Both the position numbers and the translations under genes were made by a program. A DNA stretch of 60,672 nt, the filler included, from Dirinaria sp. TL-2023a (Eukaryota), in assembly GCA_051941275.1 (NCBI GenBank). It is 6 parts of 6 records of this genome, joined end to end, with 100 filler letters (N's around TTAATTAATTAA, not from the genome) between each part and the next. Parts side by side here need not be neighbours in the genome. Positions count along the whole stretch, not along the records: positions 30,427 to 40,453 come from JAVEBF010000985.1; positions 40,554 to 50,564 come from JAVEBF010000986.1; 4 more parts are not named here. One strand, written 5' to 3'. Under the pieces are notes generated by a model. It was not told the origin of the DNA and did no database searches. It saw only the letters and a program-made list of their open reading frames with translations. Positions 34,251 through 45,649 of this stretch are shown here, in pieces. Numbering within the stretch: the stretch's first letter is position 1; the number at the start of each line of letters is the position of its first letter.

Positions 34251-35219
34251 ATGCCCAACTACTCGCCTACGAACGGCTCATGGCGCCACCGCCTTGGTGA
34301 GCCTGACTACCCGGCCGAGGTAAACCGTTACCATCTGTACGTCGGTCTCTTCTGCCCGTTTGCGCATCGAGTCATCATCACCCGGCAATTAAAAGGGTTG
34401 GAGAATCTAATATCGATGGATATTGTGAGGGGATACCCGAAGGAAGGGGGCGGATGGCGGTTTCCCTCGACGCCCGACGAGTATCCAGGGGCTACGATCG
34501 ACCACCTATTCCACTCCAAATTCCTTTCTGAGGTTTATTTCAAGTCTGATCCAAATTACGAGGGGAAATATTCAGTGCCTGTACTGTTTGATAAGAAGAG
34601 AAATCAAATTGTAAACAACGAAAGCGAGGACATTATGCGCATGCTAAACACAGCTTTTAACGACCACTTGCCGGATGGGAGTGAGCAGCAAAAACTGAAT
34701 TTCTATCCTCCAGAATTACAGGGCAAGATTGATGAGGTCAATAGCTGGATGATGCCGAACCTCAATGAAGGCGTCTATAAAGCTGGATTCGCCGCCACGC
34801 AGGAGGATTACGACAAACACTGTCCTGTGGTCTTCCAAACATTAGATCGCCTTGAAAATATGCTCGAAGATCAAGGAACCATTTTTATTCTGGGGAATAA
34901 TCTGTCTGAAGTTGATATCAAGCTCTACACGACGCTTGTCAGGTTCGACACCATATACCAGCAACACTTCAAGCTGATGTTAGGGAGCATACGACATAAT
35001 TATCCAAAGCTGAATCGTTGGTTGAAGAATATGTATTGGAACGTGCCAGGAATCAAAGACACCACCAATTTCAAGCATATCAAGGAAAACTACAGCAAAT
35101 CCCATCCCGATCTTAATCCGAAAGCCATCACGCCCATGGGCCCCGTGCCCGAGGTGGAGCCGTGGACCGAGCACGATCAGGTTTGGAGATTGGAACATGC
35201 TGAACAGGCCAAGTTGTAA
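34251..35219 (+). CDS. ECM4: Omega/xi-class glutathione transferase (glutathionyl-hydroquinone reductase, Ecm4/Gto family) with C-terminal PTS1 AKL
   Basis: RYHLYVGLFCPFAHR, YSVPVLFDKK, IVNNESEDIMR, NEGVYKAGFA, TLVRFD, HIKENYSKSH, NPKAITPMGP. An upstream in-frame ATG at 34068 gives an alternative start. Confidence 0.92.
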   Translation: MPNYSPTNGSWRHRLGEPDYPAEVNRYHLYVGLFCPFAHRVIITRQLKGLENLISMDIVRGYPKEGGGWRFPSTPDEYPGATIDHLFHSKFLSEVYFKSDPNYEGKYSVPVLFDKKRNQIVNNESEDIMRMLNTAFNDHLPDGSEQQKLNFYPPELQGKIDEVNSWMMPNLNEGVYKAGFAATQEDYDKHCPVVFQTLDRLENMLEDQGTIFILGNNLSEVDIKLYTTLVRFDTIYQQHFKLMLGSIRHNYPKLNRWLKNMYWNVPGIKDTTNFKHIKENYSKSHPDLNPKAITPMGPVPEVEPWTEHDQVWRLEHAEQAKL

Positions 35220-35501
35220 AGAGTTCAGATCAAATTGGCACTAATTCGCATATACTGGGATCCTCAATCGTGCGCTGCTTGCTTCTCACTTCTTGAGCGG
35301 CATAAGTATATGCCGTATAGCAAAGCAGCGTTCAATTTGTATCTTACCTAGCTCGAAATTCTCACGTCTTGGTGAAGGGATGCTGCCTTGGGTTGGTATA
35401 CCTGCGACAGAAATGCATATTGTCTACTGTTATCTTGACGCTCGCATGCCTTAGGTAGGTAAGTTTTCGTACTCTCTACATGTAGCATGCCAAGACCTCA
35501 G

Positions 35502-35507
35502 CCTCGG
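35502..35507 (+). promoter_or_regulatory. CCTCGG (FarA/FarB-type core) upstream of the fatty alcohol oxidase
   Basis: CAGCCTCGG ~120 nt upstream of ATG 35628; fits the function of the downstream gene. Confidence 0.4.
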
Positions 35508-35548
35508 CAAATCTCATTCCTTCAATCCCCGCTTTCGGCTTTCCGGTC

Positions 35549-35590
35549 CATATCAGCTCCAAGCTGGTGCATATCAGCTCCAAGCTGGTG
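35549..35590 (+). repeat. Perfect 21-bp tandem duplication
   Basis: catatcagctccaagctggtg x2. Confidence 0.95.
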
Positions 35591-35627
35591 AAGTATCTGG
35601 TACTTTGGGCTCGCAAAATACAAAAAT

Positions 35628-38078
35628 ATGACTAGTACGGAGCTAAACCTCCTCGCACCTCTCGACAATCCACTGCCACCGCCACCAGAGGGAGAGGTTC
35701 TTACAGCGGCGCAATGGCGAACCCTGCTAGCGATAGCCGATGCCGTCATTCCGTCCATTGAGGTCTCCTCGACCGCGTCGAAGGAAAAACTTACTATCCA
35801 GGCATCTGAGTACGCCTCAGCCGTCGACCAAATCCAAAAGACTATACCCGTCCCTACAGAGAGCCGCACTGCTCGAAATTACCTACAAGAGAGTGCAAGC
35901 TCGACGCCAGGCTTCAAAGAGTCGATACATCGGCGCTTTGGTCATTATATGAGAGAAGATGCCTTGAAGGGAATCAGAGTGGTATTATCCGCACTAGAGT
36001 AAGATGGCCTACCAAAGAAACGACTGACCGTGCAATGTTTTAATCGAGTCCCCAGTACGCGAGCAGGCTGTCTGCTAACCACAGGGTCAACCACTTCATT
36101 CCACCTCCAGCCGGTCGAAACCCGCCAACAGATCTTACAGAGCTGGAGCAAGTCTTACGTGCCCGCTCTTCGGCAGACAGCCAAATCTCTCTGCTCGCTT
36201 TGTATAGCAACATGGAGCCAGCATAGCACGACCTTGGGCCCTGTGCTCGGCTTTCCGAAAGTACCCGTGCATGGAAAGCCCGGCAAAGGGTTCGAGTATT
36301 CTTTCATCCAATTTCCACCGAGCGATCAACCTGAAGTCCTTGAGACGGATGTGGTCATTGTCGGCAGCGGCTGCGGTGGGGGGGTGTGCGCGAAGAATTT
36401 TGCAGAAGCGGGCCACAGAGTCATGGTTGTCGAAAAGGCATACCATTATCCTCCCGAGCATCTGCCCATGTCAGAAGCTGACGCCCAGGTTCACCTTTTC
36501 ATGAATGGAGGTATGGAAATGTCAGACGACAACAGCATCGCCGTTATTGCAGGCCAAGCGTGGGGCGGAGGTGGGACGGTAAATTGGTCTGCGTCGCTGC
36601 AAACTCAGGGATACGTGCGTGAAGAATGGGCAGATGCTGGTCTTCCATTTTTCACTTCTTCCGCCTTTCAAAATTGCTTGGATCGGGTATGTGGCCGGAT
36701 GGGTGTTTCTACTGACTACGTTGAGCATGGGACGAACAATCACATGCTCCATGAAGGGTCTCGGAGATTGGGATACGGGCCTAAAATTGTTCCTCAGAAC
36801 ACTGGTGGCAATAAACATTACTGTGGCTACTGCACCTTAGGGTGTGGCTCTGCTGAGAAGCAGGGACCGATGGTATCCTTCCTTCCCGATGCTGCACGCG
36901 CAGGGGCACATTTCATTGAAGGGTTTGATGCAGAGAAAGTACTTTTTAAAGACATACAAGGAAAGAAGACTGCGGTAGGAATCAAGGGCCTGTGGCGATC
37001 TCGAGACACGAACGGCGGTGTCAGCGGCAGCGACAAGACTACTCGCTCGGTGGTCATCAACGCAAAACGTGTGATTGTGTCCTGTGGATCGCTTCAGTCA
37101 CCTCTACTTCTTCTTCGTAGTGGTCTAACTAATCCTCAAATTGGCCGCAATCTGCATCTTCATCCTGGTCGGTCGCTCCCCTTTTCTTTGTATGAAGGAC
37201 TAAGAACTTGTCGAGGAGGATACTCAGCAGTTGTCGCCATCTGAATTTAATATGCTGACTATATCACAGTGACCATCATTGGCGCAACATATCCCCAACC
37301 TACCCTTCCCTGGGAAGGAGGCATCCTCACTTCATTGACGACCGCGTTCGAAAATCTCGATTCGGCCCACCATGGCACCAAACTCGAAGTCGTGACCATG
37401 CTGCCATCTTGGGTCCTGCCCTTCCTGCCCTGGGAACCTGGCCTCGATTACAAGCTCTGGGCCTCCAAGTTTTCACACATGACCGGTCACATTGCGCTTG
37501 TTCGAGACAAGAACACTGGTCGTGTTTATCCCGACCCTGTCGACGGACGTTGTCGCATTGCGTACACGCCGGGCAAGTTCGAACGTCAAGCAGCGATGGA
37601 AGGATGCCAGGCGTTGGCGAAGATTGCGTATGAGATGGGTGCGACGGAAATATTTGGCACGGTGAAGAATTGGCCTAGATATGTCCGTGCGGCTCCTCAA
37701 TCTTCGACCAGCTCGGAAGACAGCCCCGCCGAGGACGTAGGCATCAACGATCCCGATTTTCAATCCTTCCTCGCCTCGATCCGACGTCTCGGCCTTAATC
37801 CACCTGATGCGGGATGGGGAACAGCGCACCAGATGGGAACGTGTCGTATGTCTTCGTCCGAGAAAGGCCAGGGCAGGCAGCCTGGCGGCGTGGTGGATCC
37901 GAGCGGCCAAGTATGGGGTGTCGAGGGGCTCTTTGTCGCCGATGCCAGTGTGTTCCCCAGCGCATCGGGGGTCAACCCGATGGTGACGAACATGGCCCTC
38001 AGCGATTGGATCAGCCGGGGGGTCGCGCGGGGACTGAAGGAGGAGACGAGCAAGGCCAAAGTGGAGGCGCGCTTATGA
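35628..38078 (+). CDS. FAO1: Long-chain fatty alcohol oxidase/dehydrogenase (GMC oxidoreductase) with PTS1-like ARL
   Basis: VVIVGSGCGGGV (FAD binding), GGGGTVNWSASL, HYCGYCTLGC, IGRNLHLHP, TAHQMGTCRM, ADASVFPSASGVNPM. Introns 35999-36055 and 37168-37269. Confidence 0.93.
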
Positions 38079-38609
38079 GGAAGAGCAGAGACTTCAACAG
38101 GATGTAAATGACGGAGGATTTTGTGTTTCGTGCGGCGCTCCAATGGGTCGGAATGCAGACGATGGCTGCTTTCTTGCCATCACACTCTCGTTCATGTATT
38201 TATTTGGGGGTTCCTTTCCAGCGTTATATAACTCAGCTGCCCATTCAACCCGATCACGGCACGTCCAGAATCCTCGCAAGCATGGTATTGACAGGACTGA
38301 ACCTAGCAATCCAATGCGTACTGAAGAGAGCTCCGCCAGCAGCTCCAAGGTCCGCACTGCAGCTTACGATGCTCACGTGACGAAATATCTGCTTACATAA
38401 TGCAGATCTCGATGAACCGAGACCAGGGTTCCCAGGTGACGCCGACTTGCATAATTTGGGAGAGCAAGATTGCATTCGTTCCCGCGGTTTGCATGATCGT
38501 TTCTACTCCTTTGGCCCGTGCCATTATTCCTGACCTTCTGTTAATTCACCAGCTTGACTTCGTCGCCAGTGGCAGTAGTGATCAAAGATATCATGAGCGG
38601 CTACATTGA

Positions 38610-38610
<1 letters not shown>

Positions 38611-38641
<31 letters not shown>
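38611..38641. repeat. (ATT)10 microsatellite
   Basis: Read directly from the sequence. Confidence 0.95.
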
Positions 38642-39318
38642 GCTGAATACCTTATGAATTGAAAGTTCAAAATTCGAGAACCGTCCAAGTAGTAATATTG
38701 CAACGGCGATGCTAACCGAGAAAGGGCCCCCGACTAGAAATGAGAAGTGATGCTTGCAGGATCGGCCTGAAAAGGGAGTAATGGTAGTCGAGGTAGTAGT
38801 AAGGTACCTTAGTGTGTGGATTTCTAGGCGTGAACGAATCAGGCAATGCAGTGTGGCTCGAGCTTCGGGCCGGTTGTCTGGGCCTGGGCGACGGGAATAC
38901 GAATGGGGATGGAATCATTTGCCAGGACTTTCCCATTTCTGATTAATTTCATCCCATGGAACATGATGGACCTGCTCCACGCCTGGCCACGCCATACAGG
39001 GAATCGGAACGCCCTATTCTCCGCTGGCCTATCGTCTCGGAAGATCTTCCTAGCCATTTGGCTCCTAAGTCCTAACCATGTGCGATTCACAGTACTGGGC
39101 CCTGCAGAGCCTTTCGTCCTTTTTTTTTTTTTTTTTCATTTACCGAGCACTACCATCGTGCATGACGTTGCTGTTGCATCTTGATACCTGTTTCCGTGTT
39201 TGACATCTGCATCATTCTGATCATAGCAATTTCGCATACAGCACTTTTCGAGTGACGGGAAATAAGATTTTATTTCTCACTTTATTTCTCGATCTCTCAC
39301 CATTCGTCTTCTCTCATC

Positions 39319-40354
39319 ATGCAGAACCCCCTCCGTCGCCCAAGGAGCAGTGCTCCGCCAAGGCAAGCTGCAGAGCCTCGCAGCGAACGAACACAGCGCG
39401 GCGATCCCAACGGCGATGGCTATCTCAACAGGGACGTACGAGCTCACCTCGTGGCCATGTCGGGCGAGTTCGTTGGCACGACATTGTTCCTCTACTTCGC
39501 CTTTGCAGCCACGCAGATCGCCAACACCTTGACTCCCGCCACAGTCCACACCCTCGACCAGCTGGTCTTCATCAGTCTCGCGTTCGGCTTTTCCCTCGCA
39601 GTGACAGCATGGGTGTTCTTCCGGGTCTCGGGCGGTCTATTCAACCCGGCTGTTCGTCTCCCCAAAATTCCTTCACTCCCAAAATCTTCAGGTTTTCGAT
39701 GCATCGCTGACTCTTGGGAACAGGTGACATTGGGAATGGTACTCACAGGCACATTACCAGCTCTGCGCGGCGCGCTGCTCTTCCTTCCCCAGATGCTCGG
39801 CGGCATGGTGGCGGCCGGGTTGGTGGACTGCATGTTCCCAGGGCAGCTGGCGGTACAAACGGCGCTGCAGAACGGGACTTCGATCGCGCAGGGCCTGTTC
39901 ATCGAAATGTTCCTGACCATCGAGCTGGTCATCACCGTGCTATTCATGGGCGCCGAGAAACACAAGGCGACATACATGGCGCCCGTCGCGGTGGGGCTTG
40001 CGCTCTTCGTCGCAGAACTTGCAGGTAAAACCCCGTTTTTCCCCCGTCTTGTTTCTAAAACAATCCAATTCCACCCCCCTCCCCCCTTTCTCCTTGCTTC
40101 GCTAATCCCTTATCCTCCAATACAAAACAGGCGTCTTCTTCACCGGTGGCTCTCTGAACCCAGCCCGCTCCTTCGGCCCCGCCGTCGCCAACCGCAGCTT
40201 CGAAGGTTACCACTGGATCTACTGGCTTGGCCCTTGCCTCGGCGCCGCCGTCGCGGGCGGCTACTACAAGTGGGCCAAGTTCAACGAGTACGAGGGCGCC
40301 AACCCGGGCCAGGACGATTCCCATCAGTCGGAGGAGGATGATAAGGATCAGTGA
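39319..40354 (+). CDS. AQY1: Aquaporin (MIP family, classical water-channel type)
   Basis: [49 protein letters not shown]. Introns 39652-39723 and 40025-40130; stop TGA 40352-40354 overlaps a possible GTGAGT donor. Confidence 0.93.
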
Positions 40355-40453
40355 GTTGCTGCTGCTGCTGCTGCTCCGGGGGGGAAAAAGGGTTTTGAAA
40401 AAGGAAGGGGGAGGGGTTATATGGATAGTTTAGTTGGATTCACGGTACATATA

Positions 40454-40553
40454 NNNNNNNNNNNNNNNNNNNNNNNNNNNNNNNNNNNNNNNNNNNNTTA
40501 ATTAATTAANNNNNNNNNNNNNNNNNNNNNNNNNNNNNNNNNNNNNNNNNNNN
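40454..40553. other. Artificial contig-joining spacer
   Basis: N44-TTAATTAATTAA-N44. Confidence 0.98.
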
Positions 40554-41494
40554 CTCTAGCCCTCTCTCCCCCTCCACCCGCAATCAAATCAAATATCCCT
40601 ACGCTTCAGGATTTGTACTCCTTGCCGACCTTCTCATTTTTGTCAATAATACCCTTTACTTACTGTACGGAAAAGCAGCTTCGTTTTGAGAAACTTTAGT
40701 ATGGCTACGCTAGTATGAGATGAGGTCTGACTGGTGGTCAAGGTTTAGGGAAGAATTCATATGAGTGGAGTAGAGGGAAGGGGAGATCGTAAGGAGATTT
40801 CGACGGAGGAAAAAAAAAAAAAAAGGGGGGGGCTCTCAGGTCGCCAAACTGATATAGAGAGTAAAATGAGCAAGTCACGCTGTAATAGCGAGACTGAGAA
40901 GCAATAATAAGATGAACAAGTGACATATGCTATATTATCTTTTCAAATGGTTCGCATCGGCATTATAGATGAGCGGCATTACCTTACTGACCGTAAACCC
41001 TGGTTCTTGGTCGTTTCTGGAGAGGGGATACATCTTGTGCTGTGCTCTATGTTTGGAGATCATTCGCGCAAGGATTGTTCTAGGTATAAGGGGCGTCTTT
41101 GAGTATGGAAATTAATATGAGATACCTTAGCTATCATAGAAAGAACCTTAGATGTTGAGTCTCTTAAGCCCTATTGAAGCCCTAAAATATAGCGTCGCGT
41201 CCGGAAAACCGCAGTTTTTTGTGTCTGTCGTTGATAATTATAGCCCTGTGAGAACCCTAATATAATCTTGGTTGCGAGTACGACATGGATGACGGAGCTA
41301 AGGAAAGATAGACAAGCATAGAAAGGGAAAACCAGTATGAGTTTTCCAAAGCAAGCCACTTAAACTCATTCATCCAACCTATCTAACAACAAAGCATTCA
41401 TCTACCATTCTCCCGGTAGGAAGCGAAACGCCCCATTCAGCCCACCGTCGCTTGCAATGCCATGTCAGGTCCCAAAATGCATATTAAACATTAT

Positions 41495-43136
41495 TTACAT
41501 TGCCATACCCACGACATTCCTCCCAGCCGGACTCGGCACTGCGCTTGGATGGGTTTGACGCGAGGATGTGTCGCTGCTGCGGCGGAAACCTCGCAGGCTC
41601 TTTACTCCTGGGGCTGGTTGTTCTTGTTGCTGTGGTCTCTGGGGATCAGGATCGTTATGCATCGTCTGCGTATAGTAGCGCGCTGTTGACGTTCCAGAGT
41701 AGGGCGAATACAGTTCCGTTGATGGTTCTGGGCCAGCGAAGGGCGGGTGATCATCAAGGGAGCTCGAATCTGAGAGGTGGGATATATGGGCGCGGGATGC
41801 ATCTTTCGAGTCTTGCGTCGTGCGGTCTATCGCGTCGAAGGTGTTGGAGCCCCGGTCAACGACTACCGAGGAGGTCTGGTGGGGAATCGTAGGAACGGGG
41901 ACTGAGCCTCTAATTAGGAACGGTATGCTCTGCTCATTGATCAATCCTTACCCGAGTCGTTAGGTGCTTGGCTCGGCCCTTGACCTGGTGTCCCGTAGCT
42001 GCTTGTTCTTGATGGATAAGGCCGGTAAGTCGAGAAAGGACGTGATGCAGGCCCTATAGTGAACTCGCCTTCTTCTTGGATTGACGAGCGGTCTCTCCCC
42101 ATAGGTTCAGTTCCTGATCTGACCGCCCGTGTGGAAAAGACATTCTCTTCTTGAATTGATGACCGTAGTGATCGATTGTTGTCCCGTATTGTTGAATCGG
42201 ATTCCCGACTAATGATCGACGCATGTTGAGATTGTGGCTCATGATCAGGATATTCCAGCTCTGAAACTGGTCTTATTGAATCACGAGTCGCGTTGTGCTG
42301 TGGTGCAGCGGTGGGGATGTAGTGTCCACCATACTGTGAGTTGCGAGGAAACGAAGACGACTCGGGGCTTCGTTCAGGCGTTTGCTCGGGGCTATGATTG
42401 TCGCTCGAGCTTCGCGAATCCCAACCGACGCTTGATGGGCGTGAGACGGCTCCGGGTGACGGTGGTACGTTGAGAAGCATATTCACGGCCGGATCGTGAT
42501 TGATCCTACCACTTATCTCCGCGTCGGAAGGTTGCAGTGTGGACCTAATCGGATTCGGCACTTGGCGTTTCGGTGTTCGAGGGCGGTCGGTATCCGCTGT
42601 TGATATGACTGTATGCCGAAGAGGAGACGCTGTTCTTGCCTCCAAAGGTAATGTTACTACGCTGCTCATTGGTGACGGCCCCCTCTTGTCTGGTGAGTTG
42701 TGACTTCCGAGCAAAGTATTCGATGCCGATGAGTCGCGGTCCGAGCGTTCTTCTGCTATCGACGAAGGTCTCGATTGTGCCACACCCCCGAAGTAGCCAG
42801 ACTGAATCGCACGTATGCCAAACAAGTCTCCCTCATCCAGTTCTCGTTTATTCAACTCCACTCGTTCTTCACCTCCGCTTAAAGCATCCTCTTCGGCCTT
42901 TTTTGTGTACTTTTTTAGCCTAGAGTTTGGTTAATGTACCGCGCGCGGCTGCCTGAGTTCGAGAGCGTACCTTCGCTTGCTGAAGTAGACCTTAATTATA
43001 CCCGCGATGATGACGAGGGCAAAAAGGGATCCAAGAACGATTCTATCCATGGCTGATTAGCACTTGTCATGAAAGTCAGGTAGGGCAAGCCATACGCGTA
43101 TTTGTATGCCAACTGCAATGACCCAAACCAACCCAT
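41495..43136 (-). CDS. Uncharacterised single-pass membrane protein with long Ser/Pro/Arg-rich disordered tail
   Basis: Spliced MGWFGSLQLAYKYAIVLGSLFALVIIAGIIKVYFSKRRLKK (TM helix plus basic stop), then DEGDLFGIRAIQSGYFGGVAQS. Three GT-AG introns link it to ORFs 41941-42861 and 41495-41944. Confidence 0.8.
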
Positions 43137-43889
43137 AGTGGTCAACGTGAATCCAGCGTTTGTAGGTGATAGAGATCTGCCGATTGAGATCCGTGGGAAG
43201 CTTTTCTAGTAAGCGCGGTGACCAGGACACTTTTCAGTGAGCTCGACAAGGCGCATGAAACTTGGAGCGGTGGCTTGATAATTAGAGGTGCCTCGAAGTC
43301 TGAGGGTCAGAAGGGTGGGGCTCAGAAAAAGCCCGAGTGAACATTAAGAGTACAAGTCGCAAGCGAGCGACACTGAGCAGCAAGCTCGTACGAAGCAGCA
43401 AGAGAGAGACAAACGAAAGGTAGACGCAGCAGACGCAGGGGTGATGACAAGGTATGAGAGCGAACGAGTGCTGCACGTTCTTGCAACAAGATCTAAGGAG
43501 AGCAGGATCTGAATACGGGGTAATTGTAGACGCTGCCCAGCCCTCCGGCGCGAGTCTTCCGGGGATGCTGTGAATAATAATACAGCAGTCATGGTGGTGT
43601 GCTTGAGCACCAAAACACGCCGAGCCCACCAGCGCACTGTCTGTTCACTGCCCGTCTCACCGGTAGCTCGTGAGCGAGTGAAAAAACCAGTCCGGCTCGC
43701 CGTGTTCCAAGGGTTTCACTAATCACTGTCCCATCAGGCGGCAGCAGCCCCTTGTTGAGGTGTTGAGACTAATTTTGAGAACCACATCAAGGCAAGCTTC
43801 CATACGCCGGTTGTGAGCCAATCGTCATATCTAGTCCGCCTTGAACCCTAGCCCCAACCTGCAGCAACCTCCTTAGGCTCCTTCCCACC

Positions 43890-43922
43890 CCCTCAGGCTA
43901 CCCTCAGGCTACTCCCAGGCTA
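43890..43922. repeat. 11-bp tandem repeat x3 upstream of the membrane-protein gene
   Basis: ccctcaggcta ccctcaggcta ctcccaggcta. Confidence 0.85.
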
Positions 43923-44707
43923 AACACCGCTTGTGGCTCGAACTATTTTAGGTGCTTCCTGTCCATGTGCGCCTTCCTTTCTCCCCTGGAAACAACAATA
44001 ATAATAATTTGCCACTCCAGCCTCTGCCTTTGATACCTGTCTCTGTCCATGGGCTACAGTGTATATGTATGTTTCAATTGTACGTGGTCACCAGTACCAG
44101 CCCAGAAAGCCACGGTCGGCACAATCTGCAGAACGGGAATGCAGGCTGCAAGTCCAGTTTCAACGCGGCCACACGGAGTGCGGACCTTGATGTTGCGGCG
44201 TCGCAGAGAGCAAGATAGGGGTCGCTTTGCAGTTTGCAGTTCCGAGGTAGTTGGTGTGCTCGACTCGACTCTGAGTGGACCTTGGCAGGGATTTTCAGGA
44301 ACAGGCTTAGCGCCATCCCTTCGCTTGAGCCGTAGCGCTTAAAAACGCCATTTTAAGGGGTCTTTCCGTCTGATCCTCCGTCCTCGGCTCATCGTCTGCA
44401 GGTGCGCGGTTGAGAACACGGGGAAGAGGCCAGCCATTAGAGTCATCATTAAACGGTTGCAACGCCACAAATATTATGCGCAAGACTCAAAGACACGTAT
44501 TTAACATACCAAGGTTGCCTAAGTCATTCATCTTTTTGAGGATTCTGTGTGAGAGTCAAAGGTGATGGAGCATTTGGATACCTTGGTCGTGAATTGTTGG
44601 ATAAATGGGCAGGAGGTTTAAGGCCTCACCCTACGAATATCCTGCTAGGCTCCACGATTGACGGTCTTTTCCACAGTCGTGTCCCTTTCCTTGACGTTAG
44701 CACTGCC

Positions 44708-45649
44708 TCAAAGCTTCCACCTTTGGGCGAGTTCGATGCCTTCTCCTAATGTCCCAACCCGGGCATCGATGGCATATCCCTCTGCTTCCAACCGCTTGCA
44801 CTCCGCATAGAGATCCTTCAGTGGCAGCGAGAAGACCTCGATAAACTCATTCTCCTCCAATTCCGGCTTCAGGTCCTGGTTCTGCGGCAATGACATGTCG
44901 ACAGTGACATGTACCATGTTTAGGTTGGTATTACAGAACCCCGGATCTGGGCGTGAGACGTGGTTAGACATGTTTCCGGCATAGAGAATGTAACTGTGAC
45001 AGACCATTGAACATCACCGGACTGATTTCCGAGGTGACGCCATGGTAGCCTGTTTCCTCCTTCAATTCTCGGACCGCCGCTTCTGCGGCGCTTTCTCCCT
45101 CGTCGACTAGGCCTGCTGGTATCTCGATGACAACTTTGTTGATAGGTGGCCGAAATTGCTTCTGCAGCAGAAGCTCAGGACCGGAAGCCTTTTCAAGGAT
45201 TGCCACGATTCCGACGCCGTCGATCTCTGACGCCTTGGGGCGAGTCTGGAGAAGCCAAAAAATTATCACGAAAATTCCGAACCCGGTATGACATGCTTCG
45301 TTGGGCAGATCAATCCCTCAATCAGGGTACAATAATAAGTAGAAAAGTAATCTCAAAGCAAATGTATCATGCCGTTCTCCAAACTCACCGATCGCTCGGC
45401 CGATTCCCATGTTCGCTCCTTGCCTAGAGGATCCTTATATGTGGTTCTTCGCTGTCGTCAGTAACTCCTGTAGAGAAAACTTGGGCGTGTATGAAAGAGC
45501 GCACAATACTAGCTTCGTCCATCGAGCGTCTCTAATCATCTGGGCTAGTGATCAATGACTGCTAGTTGAGGGTTCCCCACGACTGGACATACTAATGGCT
45601 CCGTTTTCAAAACCTTAGCATCCGATGCTTTTGGATTTATGCCTGACAT
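44708..45649 (-). CDS. YSA1: ADP-ribose pyrophosphatase (Nudix hydrolase, Ysa1/NUDT5 family)
   Basis: Nudix box EIPAGLVDEGESAAEAAVRELKEETGY, plus TYKDPLGKERTWESAER, QFRPP, DPGFCNTN and PELEENEFIE; multi-exon. Confidence 0.93.
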
